Shown: positions 36,768 through 49,600 of the stretch, one piece after another | How the letters are laid out: the number at the start of each line of letters is the position of its first letter | How positions within the stretch are numbered: position 1 is the first letter of the stretch | Assembly: GCF_030684315.1 (NCBI RefSeq) | Contig: NC_081371.1 | Location: 21,571,440-21,635,439, forward strand | From: Stegostoma tigrinum | Lineage: Eukaryota | DNA length: 64,000 bases | Reading direction: 5' to 3' | Notes under the pieces: generated by a model | Seen by the model: only the letters and a program-made list of their open reading frames with translations | Told to the model about the DNA's origin: nothing | The model's database searches: none | Position numbers and translations under genes: made by a program

Positions 36768-37970
36768 TCACCTTACTTTTTCACTTTCAGTCATCTGCCA
36801 GAGTCCCAAGTTAAGAACTTTCAGGCAGGGAAGTTGCGTTATTCTTTCCAATCCCCTTTTGGTGATTTTTGTGCAGCCGTAAAGATCAATGCCAGTGAGC
36901 TGGGTCAAGTGGTCAGCTATGAGCTCCAGTCCTTTGTCTGTAATCCTTACACACTGGCCGATATTTAGGGTCCTCAATTCGTGCATCTGCCGGGCCATTT
37001 TGTTGATGCCGTCATCACTTATGTGGCAAGAGCAGAGGGAAAGCGACTTCAGCTGAAACAAGCCTTGAGCAATGTAAGCCAGGCTCTGGTCACCTATCTT
37101 GTCACAAAAGGAAACGTCCAAACCGGTCAGTCTCAAGCTACCCATAGCCAAATGCATGATGCCGGTATCGCTGATGTTGTCGCAGGATCTCAAGTTGAGA
37201 CTCCACAAACTGGTCATGTGTGATAGGTGCAACATACCCGCGTCTGAAATCCCACCGCAGAAACTCAGGTTGAGAACCTTGAGCTTGGTCAGGCCTTTGG
37301 AGATGTGTTTTAAGGAAAGATCCGAGAGTTTCTGGCAGTCCTGTAAAGTCAGATACTCCAGGTTTAAGCAGCCTTCCGCAGCGCTCCTGGTCATGCCTGC
37401 CAAATGGCCGATGCCGACATCCGAGACATGCCGGCAGCTCCTCAAATTTAGGCTCTTGAGTCTGTGCAAGCCCCAGGCTATGAGCAGAAGGCCCGTGTTG
37501 GTGATGTTGCTGCAGCCGCCCAGCTCCAGCACCTCCAGGTTCTTGAGGTACTGCGCGATTCTGCCCAGGCTGCTGTCGGTGATCTGTTTGCAGAGGCTCA
37601 GGTTCAGCACGTTAAGGGACGGGATCTCCTGCACGAACGCGTGTCCCAGGCCGATGTCTGTCAAGTTGTAGCAGCCGCTGAGGTTGAGGCTCTCGATGTT
37701 GGGCATGCCCTGGATCACATAGCTGAGGCTGCGGCGCAGGCTGAGGATCTGCACCCGCCTGATGCCCCTGGCCTGCAGGCTGGGGAACAGGGAAGGGTTG
37801 GCTCTCCTCAGATGCAACTTGGCTTCGACCCCCCTCCAGACGGATTTGTGGTAAGCAGCGTCCCTCCAGGCCGCGCACACTTGTGCCGCTCGCCCTTTGT
37901 CCCGCACGTCCAGATAACTGAAGATCATGGCTAAAATCTCCGGGAAGAGACAGGAGATGTGCGTCTCCAT
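36768..37970 (-). CDS. FBXL14: F-box/LRR-repeat protein 14 (SCF substrate receptor), 400 aa, uninterrupted CDS
   Basis: METHISCLFPEILAMIFSYLDVRDKGRAAQVC (F-box), tandem LRRs (LNLSGCYNLTD, LNLSLCKQITD, LELGGCSNITN...), ending LNLGLWQMTESEKVR. The first ATG is at 37970; the ORF track start at 38018 is a non-ATG extension. Confidence 0.97.
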   Translation of the reverse strand: METHISCLFPEILAMIFSYLDVRDKGRAAQVCAAWRDAAYHKSVWRGVEAKLHLRRANPSLFPSLQARGIRRVQILSLRRSLSYVIQGMPNIESLNLSGCYNLTDIGLGHAFVQEIPSLNVLNLSLCKQITDSSLGRIAQYLKNLEVLELGGCSNITNTGLLLIAWGLHRLKSLNLRSCRHVSDVGIGHLAGMTRSAAEGCLNLEYLTLQDCQKLSDLSLKHISKGLTKLKVLNLSFCGGISDAGMLHLSHMTSLWSLNLRSCDNISDTGIMHLAMGSLRLTGLDVSFCDKIGDQSLAYIAQGLFQLKSLSLCSCHISDDGINKMARQMHELRTLNIGQCVRITDKGLELIADHLTQLTGIDLYGCTKITKRGLERITQLPCLKVLNLGLWQMTESEKVR

Positions 37971-38760
37971 ATTTTTTTGACCTGATTTCCCACTGGCCTC
38001 TCTCCCTTTCTCTCTCAATGTCTCAGTCTCTCCCTATTTTTTTTGGGCCAATCGATCAATTCGCGATCCCCGGGACTGCGTCACGTGATCCTGCTGCTGC
38101 TGCTCGTTGCGCAGTCGGATTCAAACTGCAAAACCCTTCGGCGCATCAGAAAAGCAGCTTTAAAACTCTGGGCTCTTAGCCTAAAGGCACGACTGCCGAT
38201 GCATTCCCCACCCAGGCTTGTATTACTTGAAATCGCGGGACGAGGAGGAAGGAGGGGGGATTAAAAAGTGGAGGCCGCGGAGTTGTTCCTTTTGAACGAA
38301 TGCACCCACCCCCTCGTCGTCCTCCTCCATCGGAGCTCCTCGCTCTCACTCTCACGCCTGCAGCCCGAGGGCTTCCTGCGGCCTTTGTCTGATCTTTTCA
38401 AACCCACTTGGCAGGCGCGCAGCATTTTCCATCGCGGGGGTGTCCCCGGAAATTAAAAGCAGCAGGAGAATCGCGCTGCCAGAACGCAAACCTCCTGCTC
38501 GGCTCAGGAATGGCCTGACCTGCTGTGGTGACCCGTTCGGTTTCGTTTGACAGGGAAGCATAAATGATGTGAGAGTTGAAGCAGCGTTGCCTTCTGCACT
38601 CGGACTACCCCGCCGTTTCAGACGGCAGTTGGTCTCGCCCAGATGGAACGGCAAGAATCGTTCCCTAGGTAACCAACTTCTTACAATTCACTTCACTTTC
38701 CATTAACCCTGGAGTGCCCGGTGCGTAGGGAAAATGTAGCCTTTCTCACCTGGAAATTCA
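37971..38760 (-). promoter_or_regulatory. CpG-rich 5' UTR/promoter region of FBXL14
   Basis: CpG density is far above the flanks. CCAAT at 38048-38052, GTCACGTGAT E-box at 38080-38089 overlapping TGCGTCA (CRE half-site-like), GA-rich tract at 38241-38260. Confidence 0.7.
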
Positions 38761-38904
38761 CCCCCCCCCCAACAACCAAGTGCGAACATTTCATTCTCAT
38801 TTCTTTAAAATAAAAAAACCCTCCCTGCCCCAACCCGAGTTAAAAGGCGATAGTCGTTCGAATGCCACAAAATTTACGACTTAGACTTTATGGTTTTTAT
38901 TTTA

Positions 38905-39050
38905 AAAAATCGATTCATGCGACGTGGGCGTTGCATTTATTGTCCATCCCCCTTTGCCCTGCAGAAGGTGGTGTTGAGTCGCCTTCTTGAACTGCATTTT
39001 GGGTGTAGGGACACCAACAGTGTTGAAGGGACGTGGGAAGTACTTTGCAC
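38905..39050 (-). mobile_element. 3' end fragment of the CR1-group LINE family
   Basis: gcatttattgtccatcccc...gcagaaggtggtgttgagtcgccttcttgaactgc matches 24470-24535. Confidence 0.6.
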
Positions 39051-39271
39051 GGTGACTCCATACGCGTGTAACCTTAACCAATTCAGCTGCGTTGTGAAAG
39101 AGAAATTTTCTTTACTCGAGAGGATTGTGAATCTTTATGGAATTATGATTTTTTTTTTAAAAATTGTGATTCTGTTCCATGTGCGTAAACCCGGCCACAA
39201 ATTTCGCTGTTGTTCCTTAAAGTCTCGCTTTCGACGCGAATCTACCGAAGCATATGAATTGCAATTAATTC

Positions 39272-39402
39272 CTTTGATGAAAGGTCACAGGCCTAAAACA
39301 TAAACGCTGTTCCTCTCCCCGCTGATGCTGCCAGACTTGCCGAGTATATCCAGAATTTTCTGTTTTTATTTCAAATTTCAAGCGTCCGCAGTATTTTCTT
39401 TT
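39272..39402 (+). mobile_element. Old PLE terminus with degenerate hammerhead
   Basis: ttgatgaaaggtcacaggcctaaaac followed by gatgctgccagacttgccgagtatatccag...tttcaagcgtccgcagt; same layout as the younger termini. Confidence 0.55.
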
Positions 39403-39621
39403 TGTACCTAATTACAGCTTTTTAAACCCAAACTAAGACGAATATTGGCCCAGATATACAGCCACATTATAAACAGGCCGTTGTTTTCTGTGCTCAATGT
39501 AATGAGTGTTGACTTCGTCAATGCTTAAACTACATATTCGTTTTCCTTTGTGTCTAGCAATTATGATTCAACTAAAACAGGTTTGGACTTCATATCAAAT
39601 CATCAGTTTTGATAATATTGT

Positions 39622-39808
39622 TTCAGAGATAGCAGGAACTGCAGATGCACGATGAATACGCAGCTGGATGAACACTCCAGGTCAAATAGCATCAGACAAG
39701 CAGGAAAGCTGACGTTTCGGGCGAAGGGTCTAGGCCCGAAACGTCAGCTTTCCTGCTCCTCTGATGCTGCTTGTCTGCTGTGTTCATCCAGCTCTACACC
39801 TTGTATTC
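39622..39808. mobile_element. Short PLE hairpin insertion (subfamily A)
   Basis: Inverted arms ~39662-39722 and ~39734-39793, tail on the left. 16-bp TSD tcagttttgataatat at 39603-39618 and 39809-39824. Confidence 0.85.
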
Positions 39809-39959
39809 TCAGTTTTGATAATATCCTGAGTTTATATCATGCGTTTATATATTGTTCCTGGATACATTACCATAGATCTTATCATACAAAAATAATATTT
39901 TTTGACGAGACAAGAGTAGCCCTTCTTAGCTCTAAGTAATATATATTGTGATTAAGGTG

Positions 39960-40330
39960 TGAAACTAGCCGTGTTGTTATTGTGAACACTTGCTAACATC
40001 GAAGAGTTAACTTTCAAAAAGGCTTGGAGACAGCGAGAGGCCTTTAAAGAGCCGGGCGGGGGTGGAGACTGCGGCGACTGTGGGATTGTCTATCAGAGCG
40101 CGTGTGCGACACCTTCAGACTGGCCCCGGCACCGGAATGGAAGCGAGGAGCGACAATTTGTGTTGTCAGCTTGTAAATACAAACACAAATTACACAAGCA
40201 GGTTTTGATGGTGAATAACGTCTGCACCCGAATAACTGCAGTATATTCTGCTCATCGGGGTGGAGGGGCCCGCAGTCCATGCACACAATGAACAACTGTT
40301 TACCCAACGTCAGTAGAAGGGCAATTAAAA
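39960..40330. promoter_or_regulatory. Second CpG-rich patch (candidate promoter/enhancer)
   Basis: GC box gggcgggg at ~40054 and many CpGs (gcgcgtgtgcga, ccccggcaccgg) in otherwise CpG-poor DNA. Confidence 0.4.
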
Positions 40331-41067
40331 GCAAATAATAAGCTTTTGGAATTACAGTTTTTTTAAGGGGCAATGAGGCAAAAACACAAGTTTCTCACTA
40401 TATTGCACCGAAATAACAGATGCCTTTAGTCAATTTTCAAGAGAACAGGGAGAGTAGGAGTTTCCATAACAATATGCTGAATGCAAAGGAAATGCCTTTA
40501 ATTTAACAAAAACAGGTATGTTCATTACTGATTCAGGTGCTTTATTCAAGCCGTATGTTTTAATTTTACTTTATTGTAATGAATGCAAACTCTCTTCTGT
40601 CTTGGCTACTGCGGTAGTAGAAGAGGTATGTCACTCTGTGTCATATGTCTGGAAGAAGAAATAGCATCAATTCATCAGTTTTGTCTTTTTCAAAGTTGTT
40701 ATTATTCATGAAATTGAATGGGATAAAATAATATGGTGCTCCCTTTGCGCTGTCCTGGACAGGCAGCATCTCCAACTGCGAGTGTTGGCTAACTCACATT
40801 AAACATTGCTGGTTATTTTGCATTTGATGATTTCATGCAGGAGTCTTATCAAGAATTTATTTGAAAACAATAATTCACTAATCTTCCTACTCCTTCTTTA
40901 TTAAAATAGGGTCCTGTTACACTCTTGTGCTATTGTTTCAATTTTCTGCAGACTAACTTAAAATTTGCTTTACTTTGAAAGGAAGCGGTTTTTGGCAGTG
41001 TTTCATCTAGTTGAATGAAATGAAGACTGTTAATACGGACGAATAGTTGATAGCTTTCTTTACTACA

Positions 41068-41570
41068 CAATAAATAGGAGAAAAGATTGGCCATGCAACC
41101 CCTAAATTCTTCTTTGCCATTCAATATGGTGAGGGTTGATCACCTGCCTCAGCTCCACTTTCCTGCCTGCTCTTCATATACGTTGATTATCCTGTCAGAC
41201 CAACCATCTAGTTATCACAGCCTTACATTTATTTAACAATTGAACATCCATAACCCTCTGGGTTGTGAATTCCTCAAAGATTCAAAGAATCCACAAATTC
41301 TTCCTCAGCCTCGTCCAAAATGATCAACCCCTTCACCTGAGATTGTGCACTGTGTTCTGACATCCCCAACTAGATAAACAACCTCTCTGTGCTGATCTTG
41401 TTAAGCCTTTTCAGACTCTTGTATGTTCAAAGAGACTACCTCTCATTCTTCTAAACTCGAGACAGTGTAGGCCCAATTTACTCAGCCTTTTGTCATAGGA
41501 CAATCTTTTCATCCAAGGAGCCAAACTTATGAATTATGGCTGTATTGTGTCCTGTGGAAGTTTATAATTC
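41068..41570 (-). mobile_element. CR1 LINE 3' end
   Basis: aataggagaaaagattggccatgcaacccc...ctacctctcattcttctaaactc; reverse-complement similarity to 52870-53250. Confidence 0.7.
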
Positions 41571-41879
41571 CTTGAATAAAATGGTATTATAAAGGAAGCT
41601 TTTGATTGTTCAAGGCATGCACTGTTACTGTAGAACTAAAATAAGTTGATTTCTTGTTCAAATGAAGACATAAGAGCAGATCCGTGATTTAATGGAAAAC
41701 AGAGTTTCTGTTCTTCCCAGCAAAAAAAGACATTTTTCTCTATATCCTGAGATTTAGGCTATTAGCTGCATTTGAATTTTGACTGAATGCAGGAAGGAAA
41801 CTGTAGACTACATAACAGAGTTATGTTTTGCTTGGGTGCACTCACGACATCTATTGGAAAGTAGTTTTGTTTGCGTAAA

Positions 41880-42330
41880 AATGAATGACTAGAGATATCC
41901 TAGTTACATGTTTGTAAGAAAGAAAATGTTGCATTTCCAGCTGATGAAGTATTTCTTGAAGTGAGGTCACTGCTGTAGTGCAGGGAAAAAGGAAGCCAAA
42001 TAGCACCCTACAAGGTCCCACAAACAATGTAATAATGATCAAATAATCTGAATTTCTTTGCATTTTATTTGAGGGATAAATATTGGCCAGGACACCAGGG
42101 ATAGCTCCCTTGTTTGTCTTTGAATATTACCATTATAGGAATTACTTACATCTATCTGAGCAGGCAAATGAGGCCGTGGTCTAAAATCTCATCTGGAAAA
42201 CGGTATCTCTGTACTCCTTGGGGACTGCACTGTAGTGTCAGCCAAGATTTCAACACAGAGGCTGTGTAGTGCATCTAGAACCTTGTTACCTAAAGGAAAG
42301 AGTGCTTCGAGCTGAACCATGGCTGACAGT
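41880..42330 (-). mobile_element. Deu-domain SINE
   Basis: caaacaatgtaataatgatcaaataatct...ttgagggataaatattggccaggacacc is a reverse-complement match to the core of 11325-11750. Confidence 0.65.
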
Positions 42331-43576
42331 CATTCTAATTGTCAACTGTAAAAAGTTTGGATTCAGGAAAATGTTAATCCTTCTTGTAGCAAGATATTGT
42401 ACTTTGTTGAGACTGCAATAATTGGTTTAGGTATCCCAATCCATTATGATGCAACATGGGCTGCAATGCCTTCAGAACACTTTTACAGGTTTCAACAAAA
42501 CATCGCAAATCCATGTCAGGCCATAAAACTACACTCCCGTTTCACATGGCTGCATTGGTAAAGGCACTATTTGGTACTCAATTTCTTTCGTTGACCCCAT
42601 GGATGGAGAGAGGAGAAATTCATCCGTCTTTCTGTTTCTAATTGATATGTAATGGCCCTTGATGCAAATGTACTTTTTGGGCCCCAGGAGCACAGCTTAC
42701 TATATTCACTATTCAAGCTCATTTCTTACTTGAAAAATTATACATTGAACTGAATTCTTCTTTGTGGAGGTCAAGGAGAGAAATTGAAAGAAGATTTGAT
42801 GGAAAATAATATAGACCCAAAAAATAATTATTAACTTTTGCAATATGTGTTCATTTTTAGGATATGGTAATTAGCTAGCCATCAGCATCATAATGATAAA
42901 TGCAGCTCATTGACTGTAAGCAGTTTGAGATGCCATGAGGGGTATTTTTTTCAATAGCAATACTTCTTAAAATCTATCAATTGATATCTATCCATATCAA
43001 TCACAGTTCATATATTTTACAGTTATAGAGTTCTTCGTCATAATGTGCTAGTGAAACTACACTTACCAACCTGACAATGAACACATCATTTTTGTCATGG
43101 TGTACTGTGATTCTTGCTATTTATCACTCATTTATCCAGCCATTCCAAATATGAGAGGCTTTGGATTTTCTGTTGTTTGTTTCTCACTTTTTTGGTGTTG
43201 GACATTGAGATTTTGGGTGTTTATATTGCCACCCAAACTACACTTCTAACAATTCCATTACAGGCAAAGTCAAATTAAAGCCCATAGTTCCATTTAAATT
43301 TCTTTTTTTTAAAAAAAGATGCAACTTGCTTAATTTCTTCTAAAATGTTGTCTTCTTTGGCATCTTTGTACTATTCTCAAATTAGAAGAAAAATGTGAAC
43401 TGTTTCAAAATATTTTGGAATAATTCCTCACAGACTAAAAGTTTTAGATTTATTTATGAATTATTATTGTTATTTCTCCTCCTGTTCCAAACTGATTTAT
43501 CTCTTCCAGTAGTTTCCTGTCCAGTGCCTTGTTGAAGACTTCCTGGAATTTCATATATATCACATTCGCTCAATTT

Positions 43577-43664
43577 GACCCTTCTAGGCCTGAAACGTCA
43601 GCTTTCCTGCTCCTCTGATGCTGCTTGGCCTGCTGTGTTCGTCCAGCTCTACACCTTGTTATCT
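43577..43664 (+). mobile_element. PLE terminus fragment (subfamily A), tail-less
   Basis: gacccttc (inverted hammerhead bit) + taggcctgaaacgtcagctttcctgctcctctgatgctgcttggcc...acaccttgttatct. No clear TSD. Confidence 0.8.
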
Positions 43665-46600
43665 AATATAAAATACAAATTGTTATTAATGCTGATATCA
43701 GCTAGGAATGTAAATACATTTGATCTCAGTGACCACTGATTAATGAGGCAAAATAATGGACTTGAATTCCTACTTTAATCACTATCAGGCAGCTCTGCAA
43801 TGTGCACATACTGCTGAATGTTGGAAGAAGAGATGTTAAAATTGGCTCTAATTTGGTCAGTTGTTGGATGGCCTGTTGACATTAATTGTCAGAGCTCATA
43901 ATGAACAATAGCATGGACAAAACTTAAGAAGTAACTGACTTGCATTAGGCTGCACACCAGTGAGAAATAGGAAAGGGCCTTAAAAAATTAAAACATAAAT
44001 GAAGTGCTGCATCCAATTCCCTGTACCTTCAATGCAATGATTGCATAATTAACAGACAAGCAGGAAGTGAAAGCATATATGCAAATATTTTCATTTTGAT
44101 CACTTTAGTCATCTATTTACCTTGATTATTTGTTTTCCTTCCAACCCCTTCCCTTCCTCACAGCTATGGACTGTGCTGAGATGCAGTTGCATGACTAAAT
44201 CCAGACATGATTTTTAACAGGCTATTGTCAATAAATGGGAGGCACCACAACTGAGTGTGATCTTTTCTTTTCCTTTGTATTTGCTTTTCAGGTTGTGGAG
44301 GGTGTCAGCCTCTGGACAGTAATCAGGAGTGTGAACTTTGGCTCATTTTGCCACTCTTTAACTTCAGGCCTGTTATACTATTGCATTACTAGATTAGTGA
44401 GATCAAATAACACTTTAAAAATAAAACATTGAGCACAAAATCTTCCCAGTTCCCCTTATTGTTTATCACCAAGGCATATAATGTATGGTTAAACATCCTT
44501 AAAAATATTATGAGTTTGTAATTTTAGAATCAATGTCTTGTCTCTTCTTTCTCCAGAACAGTTTGTCACAAATTATTATCAGAAATTTAATCAGCAAGAA
44601 TAACCATTTGCATTTATGTAAAACCTTTAATATGGGAAAAAGAATCACTTTGAATGATGTACTGAAAAATAGATGCTAATCATGAGGGGTGATCAAACAA
44701 TGGTTGGGTTTTAAGGGAGGTTGGGGAGGTAACAAAACAACATTTTATATTGAAGTTTGAAACCTTGGGGTTTGAAGCTGGCAGTTTGTCCAAAGGTGGG
44801 GCAAAGAGGTAGGGGTGTACAGACTTTTATCATAGAATAATGATTAATGTTAGGGATTATGGGTATTTGTAGTGCTAGAGATTAGAGAGAATGGAAGGGC
44901 AACTTCATGAAAGAATTTGGTGAAACTAAGAATGACAGCAGAGCCATGCATAGGTTTGTATGGTGCACAAAGGTATAAAGAGGGCAGTGAAATCAATGGA
45001 AAGACATCCATTAGATGAAGGTTAAACTCATTGAGAGCAGACTAAACTAGAGATTCAGGTTTGACATAAAGGAGGATGTATTAAGAAGAAATTCAGGGTA
45101 GAGGTTGGGGCTTAAAGTGAGAGGGATGCAACAGAGTTGGTTGCTTAAAGGAAGAACAGATGCACAAAGCTCAAGGTTGAAGATGAGGGACTCCTTACCA
45201 CTGCTTCACTTTGGGTAGGAGAGTGGCTGGAAAATAGAACATAGGTCAGAGATTCAATAATGATAAAGTATTGCAACCCACAATCTAAGCATCAAAGCTA
45301 TGATGTTGAGTTGGAGAGTCTCTGAAAACTTGTTGTTTACAATGCAGGCAGAACACTGACTTCGTGATGCCTGATTATTTCCTTGAGTTTGTAGCCAAAC
45401 GCTGCTAATCGTACAGTTTATTGCTCAGATTCAGCAGCAGGAGCCAATTTCTTGGGTGGCTAGCATCAATTAAAACTGCCTAGCACTTCATCAAGCAAGT
45501 ACCTTTAAGGGTGAGGGAAGATTATTGAGGCTGGAGCAGGTATTTGGAGTTATCATTTGAAATAACCTGACTTGGATTGCCATCCAAAGGCTGGCCCACT
45601 TTCCCTGTCACATTTAATTGTTGTTTGAATGGTGTTGCTACGGAATAGTGTGCTTTTTAATTTGTCATCTTTCAGGGAAACAATTCTGTTGCAAGACTAG
45701 GTAGACCACCTGGTATTGAAAAATGCTGTGTTCTTGGCTGATGTAGGTTTGAGGTACTAGGTATCAGTAATCATTCAGTACTTATAATCTCCTGTATTTG
45801 CACAGCACCATTTGTGCTGGATTCATAGGAATAAGGACTGTATGCCAAGACAGCAAGGCCTTTCTCCAGTGGCTAATAACCCTTTTACGCAACACCCTGA
45901 CTGAAGTGAAATGTAGGTACAATGCTGCCCAGTCTTTGATGACCATTGTGGAGCAAATGATCAATCTGCTAAAGATGAGGTTCTGATGCTTTGATTGATC
46001 TAAGAGAGATCTTGCAGTCTGGTTCAGACAGAGTGTGCGGCATAATACTTAAATTCTGCACTCTGCACAACTCGTGGAGGCAAAGAAGGGGTGTGATGGA
46101 TGCTTAAGATCTGGGAGAGCAGCAGCAATCATCTGGGGAGGAACTTGTGTCAATGTGCAATTGGATCATCCTCTTCTAGATGAAGGAGAGCTGCAATATC
46201 AGGCTCAACAAGCTAGGCAGGACTTAATTGACATCCACTTCTGACAGACGTGAGCTGGATGCAGTGATCACTTATTGACTGTAAATTTGTTGCCACTTGA
46301 AATTCAAGCTGTCCATGTCTGTTCTAAAAAGCACGTGTAACTTTTAATCATTTTTCTTTGCTTTTGCTGAATAGAATTGAATGGTTTCAATCATTTGGCA
46401 CCTTTCCAGTTCATGATTGGCCCCACATTGAACAATGAGAAGATGTTAGGCTACACTGGAATTTGGGGAAAGGAAGCCCCTGCTCTTATATAGGTTCTAT
46501 AATGGGATGGTGCTGAGGACATGTAAACTTATGTATCTTAGCTCATAAATAGTAATACATTTGCAAAGGTACAAGTTTTTGCAATGAAGTATCAACTGTG

Positions 46601-49600
46601 CCACTTACATACACTTAGAAATATTTATTTTCAGTTCCTCTCTCTCCATGTCCACTGTTTAGGACAATGTCTGATACATGACTGGGCTTTAAACTTAGTG
46701 CTGGGAATCCTGGGAGTCTTCAGCTGTGACGAGTGTTTCCAGTGCTGGTGAGAAGGGAGATCACCCGAAATGTGTGCTCGAGAAAGGTGGTATGTAGGTA
46801 ATGAAGTGAGTTGCAGGGAATAGAGTGAAAAACCCTGTTATTGCTCACGGAGAGAAACCCTCCATGAAACTCGCCAAAATTTACTCTTAACCAATTTGTG
46901 ATAATTGTTTCTGGTTCTCCCTATGTGTTGTTGACTGACCTACTGATTATTTTCATCATTTTTTACACTGCCAAGTTGGAGCTACAATTTCCTGTTTGGA
47001 TTGAAGTTTTTCACATTTATTTCACTGGCCACACACCCAACCCCACAACTCCTGAGCCTTTAAAGCATAAATTTTTATTGGAAGCGAACAACATTGGATG
47101 TACCTCTTGAAAGATTAAAAATAATTACACACAGTTTTAATAGTGCAACAAAGTAGAAATATGTAAGTAATAAAATCATTTTCAGATACAAATAATGATG
47201 CCATTCAAAATTAATCAAGTCACTGTTGGCCATGTGAAACACCACATTATTAAATGTCTATTCACATAACAACTTTATCATTGTTTCTTTAGATTGAAGT
47301 TAAAACTTGACATAAGTTCAGAATGAGGGCTTCACTGACTGGACAGTGATAATACCTGCTGAATTCTCTTTGGTTTAATTTGATATGAAGCATAACCACA
47401 TGCACAAATTTCTGTGTCATGTCTGGCTCTGTCTTGATTGCTGCAGTAGATGTTGTTATGAATTATGTTCCTATTGTAGTATTGTCTCTAGCAAATAAAG
47501 CAATATGAAGTAACAGTCTTATCAGGTACATACTTGCAATCTGAGAAGTTATCAGTAATAAATACTTTCAAAATGGTTTTGAGATAACTATTTACCTTTT
47601 AAACAGTAACTTAACATGTAAACAATTGATTTTTTCATTCATTGTTTAAATTCCTCTTATCCTAATGGTTTGGTTATTCCTACACAATTGACTGATGAGC
47701 ATTTTCAGTCCATCCTAAGTGATATGTTATAACCAACAGCTGGTATGGGGTGATTAAGCCTCTGTGTTTCTAGCCCCAGCCACAGTCCAGAATTAACTGC
47801 CTTCAATAGATACATGAAAATCTACTCAAGGCAAGATTTTGGACAAATACCACCCGTGAGCTGCTCGGGTAACAATGTGATATTCTATTCAAAAAGCAAT
47901 GTAACTTTTAAAATAGTTTTGTGTAATCTGCTTGCCAAGGATGGGTTCAGGACTTTTCAGTCAATGTAATTGCTTGAGGCTTGATTGAATTCACTGGTAA
48001 GTTTTAGGGGATTGAGGTAAGGTATCTTGGCTTAATCAATGAAAGAGCCCCAAACCAGGTCAAAGGCCCAAGCAAGTGTAATGCCACTCCTTGTTTGTGT
48101 AGGAGATTGGTGCAGGGAGATTGATCCATTTTGGTCAAATTTATGTACCTTTTTGATGGTTAGGGAGAGCTAGTACAAGATATGAGGATCTTTTCTACAC
48201 ATTGCTTCGACTTTCCATGCAACAATTACTAGAATTTGTAGTGAATCCATAATTTGTGTCCAACCTTACAAAATCTACATAGCAACACATAAACAAACAT
48301 GATATTGTAATCCTCTGTGACGTACTATATATTTACGTATCCACTTGTTGCAATGACCCCAGTTTTCCTTCAGGAAAGCTTCTTTGGGCCTGAGTGTTTT
48401 GATCTCAAAGATTAGACCCAAATTATTCTTTAATGGCAGACCAGGTGATCTGAAGTTTGAGGACATTGTTAATCATATCCGAAGAAGTAGGATCTGGAGG
48501 GGAGGCCTGTCATGAGGGGGCTAAAGCTAATCTGACATCAGTACCCAGATGGAGAATATGGTCCTAACTGGATAAATAGTGAGAAGGAAAACAAGTAAGG
48601 CATTACTCCAGTGTCTATGATTTCTGCACTTGGTTAAGTCACAGCTGTCTCTCTGGGAACAAATGTCTGTAGTAAGCACTTGAAAGACTCTGTGTATTTC
48701 TCAGACAGTTTTGTGTACTTTTGAGCATGGTAATGGGTTCCAACACGTGTTGCCAATTAGCTGACACATTGTATTGGAGTGACAGAAGTTGTAAGGTTCC
48801 GGTTTCATCGATGTAATTTGGGACTGCACGCCTTTGGAAAAGCTGGAGTGGAAAATGTTTATTCACTTGAGGTGACATAGACTGGCTCTCTCCTGGGACA
48901 TTAATAGAGGAAACATACTTGAGATCTGCTGAATTATTACAATTTATGGAGAGATATGAGATATTTTCAGAACAGCTATGTAAGTTAACAATAAAGATAT
49001 TAAATGTTATGAAAGATTATGATGTGAGTAGGGATAAGTTGCTCACACTGGTTTGGTGAGACAAAAATGAAGCAAAAGCCCAAATTAAACTAAATATAAA
49101 ACATTGAAAGAAGAGGCTAGAATAAATGTTTTTATATACCAGCTATTTACAATGTGGAATTTCGTGCCACAAGCCATTGTCAAAGCAGAGCCCAGAGTGT
49201 GTTTAAGGAGAACTGGATGGTTCCTTGAAAAAGGTGAATATTAGGTGCTATATGAGAAGAAGCACAAGTAGAATTAATTAGCTGATTTGTGAAGGAAAAC
49301 AGCACTGCAGATTTGATAGGAATTGTATCCTGTTTTTTCTAAGTAACAATGTATAATTCTATAATGTATTTCACTTCTAATTTTTTTTCTGTGATTGTTA
49401 GGGCTGATGAGATTCACCATTATTTGTGTGATTGTGGTTCAGCAACATCAGGCTGGGACAGATAAGCATTTAAACTCAAATAGCTAAACTTATTGCTGCA
49501 GTTGCATCTATCAACATTTAGCTTTACGAAAATGGCACATTTCTTTCTTATTTAATTGCATTGAATGCTATTAAGTTATGTGGCAGATAGAAACTAATGT

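Noticed and set aside
36981-37934. Plus-strand ORFs of 80, 190 and 156 aa antisense to FBXL14
   Set aside because: Shadow frames of a GC-rich LRR coding sequence, with no recognisable domain.
37971-38018. 16-aa N-terminal extension of FBXL14 in the ORF track (MREKGREASGKSGQKN)
   Set aside because: It starts at a TTG, not ATG; the recognised protein begins METHIS at 37970.
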